This document shows positions 36,976-45,530 of a DNA stretch of 64,000 bases, one piece after another. Location: assembly GCA_026390695.1 (NCBI GenBank), contig JAPLFL010000103.1, forward strand, positions 8,963 through 72,962. Direction: 5' to 3'. The first letter of the stretch is position 1. Every line of letters starts with the position of its first letter. The translations under genes and the position numbers were made by a program. The notes beneath the pieces were generated by a model. It was not told where the DNA came from, ran no database searches, and saw only the letters and a list, made by a program, of their open reading frames with translations. Source of the DNA: Candidatus Kapaibacterium sp. (GTDB lineage Bacteria; Bacteroidota; Ignavibacteria; Kapaibacteriales; UBA2268).

Positions 36976-38058
36976 ATGTCAAACATAACAAAAAAACTTA
37001 GCTTCCTCGACAGATACCTTACCTTATGGATTTTCCTTGCAATGTTTCTTGGTGTGATGTCAGGTTATCTTTTCCCTTCAATTGTGGGTTTCTGGAATCA
37101 ATTTCAAACAGGAACAACAAATATTCCAATTGCAATCGGATTAATACTAATGATGTATCCTCCGCTTGCCAAAGTTAAATATGAAGAATTGGGTGACGTA
37201 TTTAAAAATGTCAAAATATTAGCTCTTTCATTAGTTCAAAATTGGATTATCGGCCCGGTCTTGATGTTTATTCTTGCAATTCTATTATTGCCCGACCACC
37301 CCGATTATATGGCAGGACTTATTATGATTGGACTTGCCCGATGTATTGCAATGGTAATCGTTTGGAATGAACTTGCAAAAGGTGATACTGAATATGCAGC
37401 AGGTTTAGTTGCATTTAATTCTATCTTTCAAGTTCTATTCTTTTCAGTATATGCTTATGTATTTCTAACTGTTTTACCAAATTGGCTTGGCATTCAGGCA
37501 TTCAAAGTAAATATAACTATCGGACAAATTGCTCAGAGCGTGTTTATTTATCTCGGTATTCCATTTATTGCCGGAATGCTCACAAGATTCATTCTCATTA
37601 AACTAAAAAATAAGGAATGGTATCATAAAAAATTTATTCCGAAAATCAGTCCGATTACTCTAATTGCCTTACTTTTTACAATTTTTGTGATGTTCTCACT
37701 CAAAGGTGAGTATATTATCAAAATTCCACTTGATGTTGTCAGAATAGCAATTCCGCTACTTATCTACTTTATCGTCATGTTTCTTGTTTCATTTTATATG
37801 GGTCATAAACTTGGTGCAGATTATTCCAAAACAGCAACACTATCATTCACAGCTGCGAGTAATAATTTTGAATTAGCGATTGCAGTTGCTGTGGCAGTAT
37901 TCGGAATTAACTCAGGCGAAGCATTTGCAGCAGTAATCGGCCCACTTGTTGAAGTTCCGGCACTTATAGGCTTAGTCAATGTAGCATTGTGGTTTCAAAA
38001 GAAATATTTTAAAGAAGTAGAAAGAGGAACCATAGAAGCTCCTGACATCTGTTTATAA
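36976..38058 (+). CDS. acr3: Acr3-family arsenite efflux permease
   Basis: [40 protein letters not shown] and GPLVEVP. Confidence 0.95.
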   Translation: MSNITKKLSFLDRYLTLWIFLAMFLGVMSGYLFPSIVGFWNQFQTGTTNIPIAIGLILMMYPPLAKVKYEELGDVFKNVKILALSLVQNWIIGPVLMFILAILLLPDHPDYMAGLIMIGLARCIAMVIVWNELAKGDTEYAAGLVAFNSIFQVLFFSVYAYVFLTVLPNWLGIQAFKVNITIGQIAQSVFIYLGIPFIAGMLTRFILIKLKNKEWYHKKFIPKISPITLIALLFTIFVMFSLKGEYIIKIPLDVVRIAIPLLIYFIVMFLVSFYMGHKLGADYSKTATLSFTAASNNFELAIAVAVAVFGINSGEAFAAVIGPLVEVPALIGLVNVALWFQKKYFKEVERGTIEAPDICL

Positions 38059-38094
38059 ATTTTACAACTAATTAACAATAAAAATGGGGACAAA

Positions 38095-38544
38095 ATGAAA
38101 AAATTACAATTTAAAATAATAATCAATGCCAATGTTGAAAAAGTCTGGCATACAATTTTTGATGCTGACAGTTACCGGAAATGGACTGAGGTTTTTCAAA
38201 AAGGTTCATGTTTCGAAGGTTCATGGGATAAGGGTTCTGAAATTCGCTTCCTTGCTCCTGACGAAAATGGGAAAATGATGGGAATGTATAGTTTTATAAA
38301 TGAAAATATAAAGTATAAATTTGTTTCAATTCACCATAAAGGTTTAATCATTAGTGGCGTAGTTGATACTTCAAATGAAGATTTTCATAAATGGTCGGAT
38401 TCTTATGAAAATTACACTTTGAATGAGTTGGACAGTGACACTGAATTAATAACAGATATGTGTATTCCCGAAGAATACATGAAAATGATGGAAGAAACCT
38501 GGCCATTGGCACAGCAAGCATTAAAATCATTATGCGAATTATAA
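38095..38544 (+). CDS. SRPBCC/AHSA1-like domain protein
   Basis: IIINANVEKVW..YRKWT..GSWDKGS..ENYTL..WPLAQQALKSLCE. Confidence 0.8.
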   Translation: MKKLQFKIIINANVEKVWHTIFDADSYRKWTEVFQKGSCFEGSWDKGSEIRFLAPDENGKMMGMYSFINENIKYKFVSIHHKGLIISGVVDTSNEDFHKWSDSYENYTLNELDSDTELITDMCIPEEYMKMMEETWPLAQQALKSLCEL

Positions 38545-38559
38545 TAAAAAAGGAGTAAA

Positions 38560-38943
38560 ATGAACACAATCGGATATTTTGAAATCCAATCTTCAAACCC
38601 AGCAAGAGAAATAGAATTTTATAAAAATGTCTTCGGGTGGAATTTTATAAGAGAAAAATTTGTTCCAATCGAATATTATAGAATAGAAACAGATGGAATT
38701 AGCGGTGGCTTACTGATAAGACCAGTTGCTGTACCTCCGATGCAATACGGAACAAATGCGTTTGTTTGCTCAATTGAGGTTGAAAATTTTGATAAAACAT
38801 CGGAATTAATCCTGAGAAACGGCGGAATAATAGCTTTGCCCAAGTTTGCTATTCAGGGTAGATGCTGGCAGGGCTATTTCTTGGATTTGGACAATAATAC
38901 TTTTGGCATATTTGAAGTTAATGAAAAGGCAGGAACTGAATGA
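38560..38943 (+). CDS. VOC/glyoxalase family protein
   Basis: IGYFEIQ..FYKNVFGW..GGIIALPKFAI..DLDNNTFGI. Confidence 0.88.
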   Translation: MNTIGYFEIQSSNPAREIEFYKNVFGWNFIREKFVPIEYYRIETDGISGGLLIRPVAVPPMQYGTNAFVCSIEVENFDKTSELILRNGGIIALPKFAIQGRCWQGYFLDLDNNTFGIFEVNEKAGTE

Positions 38944-38968
38944 TTATATTATAATTAATTTCATAAAT

Positions 38969-39228
38969 AATATCATTTCCTAAATGAATTAGGAATTACT
39001 GCCATTCCCGCGCATGAGCTTGTGTAAAAACTCACAACTTCTATTGAATTGTCATTCCCGCGCATGCGGGAATCCCCATCCAGTACCAATCAGGAGATTC
39101 CTGCATGCGCAGGAATGACAGAAAAAGATAGTTTTTACACAGGCTCGCATGCGGGAATCCCCATCCAGTACCAATCAGGAGATTCCTGCATACACACAAA
39201 TGACAGCCTTCAAGTAGGAAACAATATA
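38969..39228. mobile_element. Complete three-layer nested element: TA-ended MITE > REP doublet > 131-bp GAG...CTC MITE (39016-39146) with a GCAT duplication
   Basis: Inner ends GAGCTTGTGTAAAAACT and AGTTTTTACACAGGCTC (1 mismatch), flanked by GCAT at 39012-15 and 39147-50. Outer ends TATCATTTCCT and AGGAAACAATATA. Confidence 0.88.
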
Positions 39229-39323
39229 AGATGAAGTATTTATTAAGAAAAAGCAATTTATCATAACTCAAAAAAAATCAACCCAGAACTTTAAATTTTA
39301 TAAACTTTCAACTTAGAAATTAT

Positions 39324-40031
39324 ATGACAACTACAGAAATACTTAGCATGCTTCAAGACTTCGGTGACGAAGCTACTAAAAAGACTTTAATGCGGCATGG
39401 AGCCAAAGAGCCCATCTTTGGTGTTAAAGTAGCAGATTTAAAGAAAATTCTCAAAAAAACAAAGAAGAATCACGAGCTTTCTTTGGAATTATATGATACC
39501 GGCAATTCCGATGCCATGTACTTAGCAGGGTTAATGGCTGATGAAACCAAAATTACTGAAAAACAACTTAACCAGTGGGTTGAAAAAGCATACTGGTATT
39601 ATTTATGCGAATATACAGTTCCATGGGTTGCAGCCGAGACGACCTTTGGTTTTGAGCTTGGTTTGAAGTGGATTAAATCCGACAATGAACAAATTGCTTC
39701 TGCCGGTTGGGCAACTCTCCGCGACTATGCCAGTTTATGTGATGATCAAGATTTGGATATTAACATTTATAGTGATCTACTGGATAAGATTGCCAAAGAT
39801 ATTCATCATTCTCAAAACAGAGTTCGTCACACAATGAACGGATTTATTATTGCTATCGGATCCTTTGTTGTCGAATTAACTGATAAAGCCATTAAAGTTG
39901 CCGAGCAAGTCGGAATAGTTACGGTAGATATGGGAGGAACAGCTTGCAAGGAGCCTTTTGCTAAAGAATACATTCAAAAAGTGATTGACCGAGGTTCTCA
40001 TGGCAAGAAAAGAAAATCAGCAAGATGTTAA
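39324..40031 (+). CDS. DNA alkylation repair (AlkD-like HEAT) protein
   Basis: FGVKVADLK, LYDTGNSDAMYLAGL, SAGW, RVRHTMN and VDMGGTACK. Confidence 0.85.
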   Translation: MTTTEILSMLQDFGDEATKKTLMRHGAKEPIFGVKVADLKKILKKTKKNHELSLELYDTGNSDAMYLAGLMADETKITEKQLNQWVEKAYWYYLCEYTVPWVAAETTFGFELGLKWIKSDNEQIASAGWATLRDYASLCDDQDLDINIYSDLLDKIAKDIHHSQNRVRHTMNGFIIAIGSFVVELTDKAIKVAEQVGIVTVDMGGTACKEPFAKEYIQKVIDRGSHGKKRKSARC

Positions 40032-40149
40032 ATAATAAGTAAAAAAATATTGAAAATTAAACAATTGGATTATAAATAAAATTAAAATTTATAAATACAA
40101 TAAATTGATAAAATGAACGTTTTAAAGAAAAATTACAAATAGGTACAAA

Positions 40150-41065
40150 ATGAAATTAATAACTTATCTAAATCTTGAAAATCAGGAAAGATTAGGACTT
40201 TATATAAATGGAAAAGTTGCGGATATGCAACTTTCTGCACTTGAAAAATTACGGTGATTTTTTAACAAGCTTTAAACTCATTGCTCCTGTTCCACATCCT
40301 CCTTCATGTAGAGATGGATATGCTTTCAGACAGCACGTTGCTGCCGCCAGAAGGAATCGCGGAGTGGAAATGATCCAAGAATTTGATCAATATCCGATTT
40401 TCTATTTCACTAACCATAATAGTATAATTGGTGGTGGAGATTTAAATGTAGAACTTGATCATTTGATGAAGTTGGACTTTGAACTCGAACTTGCTGCTGT
40501 AATTGGAAAGAAAGGTAAGAATATTCCATCTAATGAAGCAGATGATTATATTGCCGGTTTTACAATTATGAATGATTTCTCAGCTCGTGTCCTTCAAATG
40601 GAAGAAATGTTGCTCAATTTAGGACCCGCAAAAGGGAAAGACTTTGCTACTGCAATCGGCCCTTGGCTTGTAACTCCAGATGAACTTGAAAATTATAGAA
40701 TTTCTACCGAATTTGGAAATGTTTATGATTTATCAATGAAAGCATATCACAGAAGTTTACTTGTTTCATCGGGTAATGCTAAAGATATGAACTGGACTTT
40801 TGCTGAAATTATCGAAAGGGCTTCCTATGGCACTGAGATTTATCCGGGAGATGTTATCGGTTCCGGAACTGTTGGAACTGGCTGCTATCTTGAGATAAAC
40901 GGAACTCGTGCACGCGAAGCCAAAGAAAAAGGCAAAGAGTACAATCCTGTTTGGCTTCAAAATGGGGATATTATTTCATTGGAAATTACCGGCTTGGGGC
41001 GCCTGACCAATAAAGTAGTACTAAGTGATAATAATGTTTCGATATTAAATAAAAAAAAATCCTGA
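40150..41065 (+). pseudogene. fahA: Fumarylacetoacetate hydrolase, split by a frameshift near 40250
   Basis: Frame 1 from ATG 40150 reads MKLITYLNLENQERLGLYINGKVADM and stops at 40255-57. Frame 2 continues LIAPVPHPPSCRDGYAFRQH..LDFELE..NDFSAR..GSGTVGTGC. Confidence 0.75.
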
Positions 41066-41095
41066 TATAGATTAAAAATAAATTATAGGTATAAT

Positions 41096-42097
41096 ATGTT
41101 TGAATTTGAAGTTAAAGATTTAAGTATAAATAAAATATCGGCTTTATTGACTTACGGAGTTTCTCCGCGTCCTATTGCCTTGGTTTCAACAATTTCACAA
41201 GATGGCGTAAATAATCTCTCACCATTTTCATTCTTTAATGCATTTGGTTCCAATCCGCCGGTTGTGGCTTTTTCACCTTCCCGAAGAGTGCGTGACGGTT
41301 CACTGAAGGATACTTATCATAATCTGATCGAATCAAAAGAATGTGTGATCCATGCTGTTAGTTATGCAATGGTTGAACAGGTCAATCTTGCATCTTGTGA
41401 TTATCCTCCTGAAGTGGATGAATTTATCAAAAGTGGTTTTACTCCTATTGAATCTGACTTAGTTAAGCCCAGAAGAGTGATGGAATCTCCTTTTCAGATG
41501 GAATGCAAGCTGATTCAAATGGTTAATTGTGGAGATGAGTTCGGTGCTGGCAATATTGCGATTTGCGAAGTTTTAAAGTTCCATATTTCCGAAAAAGTTT
41601 ATCGGGATGGGAAAATTGATCCTGCATTATTAGATTTAGTAGGCAGAAACGGAGCGGAATATTATACTCATGCAAATAAATCTTCACTGTTTACTGTTAT
41701 GAAACCGGGCACAAAAAAAGGGATGGGTTTTGATAATCTACCGGATTTCATTAAAGATTCATCAATATATACAGCAAACAATTTAGGGAAAATGGCTTTG
41801 CTCGAAAAGTTGCCGACTCAGGAAGAATTAGATGATTTTATAAAAACAATTGAATCCTTAAATGAACTGGAATTTGTTGAAGCAACCGAAGCAAATTTTG
41901 TACGTTTTTCAGATACAAGGGATTATAGGCAAATGTTCGCAATCGCTTATGTTCTTCATTTAAAGAATAATCCTAAGGTAGGGAAATACATTGAACTTGC
42001 AGCTAAGGCAGCCATTGATGTTAATGATTTTGATTTCGGTATAAAAGCAGCAGTATGGAGAGGAAAGTTCATTGAAAGTAGAAGGATAGGAAATTAG
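41096..42097 (+). CDS. Flavin reductase (DIM6/NTAB) family protein with C-terminal extension
   Basis: VSPRPIALVST..NLSPFSFFN..DTYHN..ESPFQMEC..GRNG..YTHA. Confidence 0.9.
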   Translation: MFEFEVKDLSINKISALLTYGVSPRPIALVSTISQDGVNNLSPFSFFNAFGSNPPVVAFSPSRRVRDGSLKDTYHNLIESKECVIHAVSYAMVEQVNLASCDYPPEVDEFIKSGFTPIESDLVKPRRVMESPFQMECKLIQMVNCGDEFGAGNIAICEVLKFHISEKVYRDGKIDPALLDLVGRNGAEYYTHANKSSLFTVMKPGTKKGMGFDNLPDFIKDSSIYTANNLGKMALLEKLPTQEELDDFIKTIESLNELEFVEATEANFVRFSDTRDYRQMFAIAYVLHLKNNPKVGKYIELAAKAAIDVNDFDFGIKAAVWRGKFIESRRIGN

Positions 42098-42337
42098 AAA
42101 GCAGAAAAAGAGTTTTTAATTTTTTTAACGTTCCTGTTACCTCCTACTTTTCTACTTTCAATTCTGCTACCTTCTATAACCGGGGCAGGGGAGATTTAAG
42201 TAAGTTCTTTCTTTGAATTTAATATTTTAATAGAATTCAATTATTTTAAATATACAATTTCATATTAATTATATCCAAAGAAAATATAATCCTAATTTTA
42301 TCGTTTTTATCCACTTTAGAAATATTTTGAGGCAACA

Positions 42338-42544
42338 ATGAATACTTTTTATGAAATAATCGAAGAAACAAATAAGTTTTCTATTGATGAACAGGAAACA
42401 TTTGTTGAAATTTTACAAAAAAGAATTTCTGCTGAAAAGAGAATAAGAATAATTGATGAAGCAAGAGAATCTCGTTTAGAATTTGAGTCGGGTGATAAGC
42501 AAACAACAAGTATTGATGATATAATGAAAGAAATTCTCACTTGA
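42338..42544 (+). CDS. Putative type II antitoxin
   Basis: Acidic 68-aa ORF overlapping the toxin start (TTGA). Confidence 0.7.
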   Translation: MNTFYEIIEETNKFSIDEQETFVEILQKRISAEKRIRIIDEARESRLEFESGDKQTTSIDDIMKEILT

Positions 42545-42840
42545 GCTATTACCTTGTCAAATCATCAAATTTTATTCGATCAGCAAAGAAACTTGCCAGA
42601 AAATATCCGAATTTTCTGATAGAATTGAATGAAACTTTGAAAATATTAACTTCTAATCTTTATGATAGCAGATTAAAAACACACAAACTTAATGGTGAAA
42701 TGAAGGAATTTTGGGCTTGTAGTATAAATTACGAACTTAGAATTATTTTTCAATTGGTTAATGCAATTGATGAAGAATCTGGCAATACTGTAGAAGCAAT
42801 TCTATTAAACAATATAGGGACTCATGATGAAGTGTATTAG
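42541..42840 (+). CDS. RelE/YafQ-like mRNA interferase toxin
   Basis: FIRSAKKL, LKTHKLNG..WACSINYELRIIF and NIGTHDEVY. Confidence 0.85.
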   Translation: MSYYLVKSSNFIRSAKKLARKYPNFLIELNETLKILTSNLYDSRLKTHKLNGEMKEFWACSINYELRIIFQLVNAIDEESGNTVEAILLNNIGTHDEVY

Positions 42841-42930
42841 TTGAAAATGTAAAACAATCCATTTCAAAGCTTAAACCCCTCCGAAAGTATTTTTCTATTC
42901 TGATGTTTTAAAATGATTTAAAAAATATAT

Positions 42931-45129
42931 ATGCAATCTGCTCAACCACTTTGGTACCCATCACCTGATCAAATTAAAAACTCAAACATGACAAAATTCA
43001 TGAATTTTGTCAATGTGAAATTTGATCTGAATTTTTTAGATTATTATAATCTTTACGATTGGTCAATTGATAGAATTGAAGATTTTTGGGTAGCGATTTG
43101 GGAATTTTCTGAAATCATTTATTCGAAATCATATAAAACAGTTTTGGATGATCGGAAAATGCCCGGCTCTAAATGGTTTCAAGGTGCTGAACTAAATTTT
43201 GCTGAGAATCTTTTAAAATATCGAGATGATAGAATTGCTCTTATTTATAATAATGAAAAAAATGAGAGAATTAGCCTTTCATATCGTGAACTTTACGCAC
43301 AGGTTGCCGAATGCGCTGCGGGACTAAAAAAGCTTGGAGTTAGAAAATGTGATAGAGTTGCAGCATTAATTTCTAATATCCCTGAGGCGATTATTGCAAT
43401 GCTTGCCACGACCTCGATTGGTGCAGTTTGGTCATCAACATCGCCGGATTTCGGATTAAGCGGGATTCTTGACCGCTTTGAACAAATCAATCCAAAGGTT
43501 CTGTTTGCAGTGAATGGATATACCTATAACGGAACAGATTTTGATTGCTCAGAAAAAATCGAAGGAATTTGTTCGCAAATTATTAGTTTAGAGAAAATTG
43601 TCATCATTCCGAAAATTCAATCGACAATTGAAAATTTAATTCCTGTTAATTCTGAGAATGCAGGAATCATCAATTGCGAATCTTCTGTCATTCCTGCCAA
43701 TTCAGGAATCTCCTTCCATTCCACCATAGGAGATTCCTGCATTCGAGAGTGTGTGAAAACTCGAAATAATAACGTATCTGTCATTCCCGCGCATGCGGGA
43801 ATTCCCTTCCAGTACCAATCAGGGGATTCCTGCATTCGCAGGAATGACAACGGAGAAGTTACAAATGACACTGAAGATATGGACAGCAAAAGTAAATTTA
43901 TCTTCTGGAATGATTTTATTGATAAAAATGCAGTAGAAATTGAATTTGAACAATTGCCATTTGATCATCCTGTTTATATTATGTATTCATCGGGTACTAC
44001 AGGTGTACCGAAATGTATCGTTCATGGCGCTGGTGGAACTCTGCTTCAGCATTTCAAAGAGCTCAGCCTCCATACTAATCTAACACGGGATGATGTGATT
44101 ACTTATTTTACGACTTGTGGCTGGATGATGTGGAACTGGCTTGTGAGTTCACTAAACAGCGGCGCAACAATTTTTCTATTCGATGGCTCACCTTCATATC
44201 CGAATATAAACATTCTTTGGAAAACAATTGAAGTTGAAAAAATAACAATTTTCGGTACAAGCCCGAAATTCCTGAGTACATGCCAAAAATCAGGTATTAA
44301 GCCTGGAAGAGAATTTGATCTTTCATCATTAAAAACTATCTTATCAACCGGCTCTCCTCTTTCGTCAGATGAATTTCAATGGGTATATTCCGATGTTAAA
44401 ACTGATATTCGCTTATCTTCAATTTCTGGCGGCACGGATATTATCTCGTGCTTTATGTTAGGAAATCCTAATCTTCCGGTTTATTCGGGTGAGATTCAGT
44501 GCCGTGGATTAGGAATGAAAGTCGAATCTTATGACGAAAATGCAGATGGAATTATAGATGTAAAAGGGGAATTAGTTTGCACTGCACCTTTTATTTCGAT
44601 GCCTGTATATTTTTGGAATGACCCTGAAAATAAATTATATTTTAATAGTTACTTCAATGTTTTTACCGATGTTTGGTGCCATGGTGATTTTATTAAAATA
44701 ACTGATAGAGGTGGTGTGATTGTTTATGGTCGTTCTGACGCAACTCTTAACCCTGGTGGCGTGCGTATCGGATCTGCAGAAATTTATAGAGTTATAGAAT
44801 CAATTGAGGAAATAAACGATAGTATAGTCGTGGGAGTCAATCATGATAATGATATTCGGATTGTACTTTTTGTTGTTACCAAATTAGATATTAATTTAAC
44901 TAATGAATTAATTGTTAAAATAAAATCCAAGATAAGGGTAATGCTCACTCCTCGGCATGTTCCTTATATTATAAAGGCAATAAACCAAGTACCAGTGACA
45001 TTCAATGGTAAGAAAGTAGAATTAGCAGTTACAAAAATACTTAATGGTGAACAAGTCAAAAATTTAAGTGCAATTGCTAACCCGGAGTCACTGGCACAGT
45101 TTGTTGATATTATATCGTTTCCTACTTGA
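42931..45129 (+). CDS. Acetoacetyl-CoA synthetase with an in-frame REP-derived insertion
   Basis: WFQGAELNFAENLL, FDHPVYIMYSSGTTGVPKCIVH, TTCGWMMWNW, ISGGTD and GRSDATLNPGGVRIG; about 70 aa of repeat-derived insert. Confidence 0.92.
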   Translation: MQSAQPLWYPSPDQIKNSNMTKFMNFVNVKFDLNFLDYYNLYDWSIDRIEDFWVAIWEFSEIIYSKSYKTVLDDRKMPGSKWFQGAELNFAENLLKYRDDRIALIYNNEKNERISLSYRELYAQVAECAAGLKKLGVRKCDRVAALISNIPEAIIAMLATTSIGAVWSSTSPDFGLSGILDRFEQINPKVLFAVNGYTYNGTDFDCSEKIEGICSQIISLEKIVIIPKIQSTIENLIPVNSENAGIINCESSVIPANSGISFHSTIGDSCIRECVKTRNNNVSVIPAHAGIPFQYQSGDSCIRRNDNGEVTNDTEDMDSKSKFIFWNDFIDKNAVEIEFEQLPFDHPVYIMYSSGTTGVPKCIVHGAGGTLLQHFKELSLHTNLTRDDVITYFTTCGWMMWNWLVSSLNSGATIFLFDGSPSYPNINILWKTIEVEKITIFGTSPKFLSTCQKSGIKPGREFDLSSLKTILSTGSPLSSDEFQWVYSDVKTDIRLSSISGGTDIISCFMLGNPNLPVYSGEIQCRGLGMKVESYDENADGIIDVKGELVCTAPFISMPVYFWNDPENKLYFNSYFNVFTDVWCHGDFIKITDRGGVIVYGRSDATLNPGGVRIGSAEIYRVIESIEEINDSIVVGVNHDNDIRIVLFVVTKLDINLTNELIVKIKSKIRVMLTPRHVPYIIKAINQVPVTFNGKKVELAVTKILNGEQVKNLSAIANPESLAQFVDIISFPT
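43640..43849. repeat. Composite REP/GAG-end locus inside the acetoacetyl-CoA synthetase CDS
   Basis: TGTCATTCCTGCCAATTCAGGAATC, ATTC|GAGAGTGTGTGAAAACT (43745), and a full doublet at 43779-43849. Confidence 0.9.
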
Positions 45130-45279
45130 AGGCTGTCATTCCCGCGCATGAGACTGTGTGAAAACTTCAATTTCTTGTCATTCCTGCGCATGCAGGAATC
45201 CCCAAAATGTGCTACAGGAAGGGGATTCCCGCATGCGCGGGAATGACAATAATTCCTAATTCATTAAGGAAATGATATA
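45111..45279. mobile_element. TA-ended MITE carrying a REP doublet and a GAG end; supplies the stop codon of the synthetase
   Basis: TATATCGTTTCCTACTTGAA ... TTCATTAAGGAAATGATATA; the TGA at 45127-29 lies inside the left end. Confidence 0.85.
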
Positions 45280-45322
45280 AATGACATTTTGCGTTTTCTA
45301 TTCAGTGGTAGGTATAAATTAA

Positions 45323-45353
45323 AAACCCTTGCATTTAATATTTGCAAGGGTTT
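45323..45353 (-). terminator. Terminator downstream of tRNA-Phe
   Basis: AAACCCTTGCA-N9-TGCAAGGGTTT stem. Confidence 0.75.
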
Positions 45354-45367
45354 GTATTTTATTGCCG

Positions 45368-45440
45368 TGCTCAGGGCCGGAGTTGAACCAGCGACACATG
45401 GATTTTCAGTCCATTGCTCTACCAACTGAGCTACCTGAGC
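45368..45440 (-). tRNA. tRNA-Phe (GAA), CCA not encoded
   Basis: GCTCAGG/CCTGAGC acceptor stem, TAGCTCAGTTGGTAGAGC D-arm, CTGAAAA anticodon loop and GGTTCAACTCC T-arm. Confidence 0.96.
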
Positions 45441-45530
45441 CGATCTGCATTAAAGCAGAAAACAAAATTACGACTTATTTTTGAATTATCCAAAAAAAAT
45501 ATTAATTATTTCTATTAAATCATATTTTTT

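Noticed and set aside
24606-38058. Selenocysteine recoding in the redox and arsenic genes
   Set aside because: The Cys motifs are complete in the open frames, and I found no in-frame TGA at a catalytic position.
45280-45440. Genomic island integrated at tRNA-Phe
   Set aside because: No integrase or tRNA 3' duplication nearby; only a terminator and a MITE.
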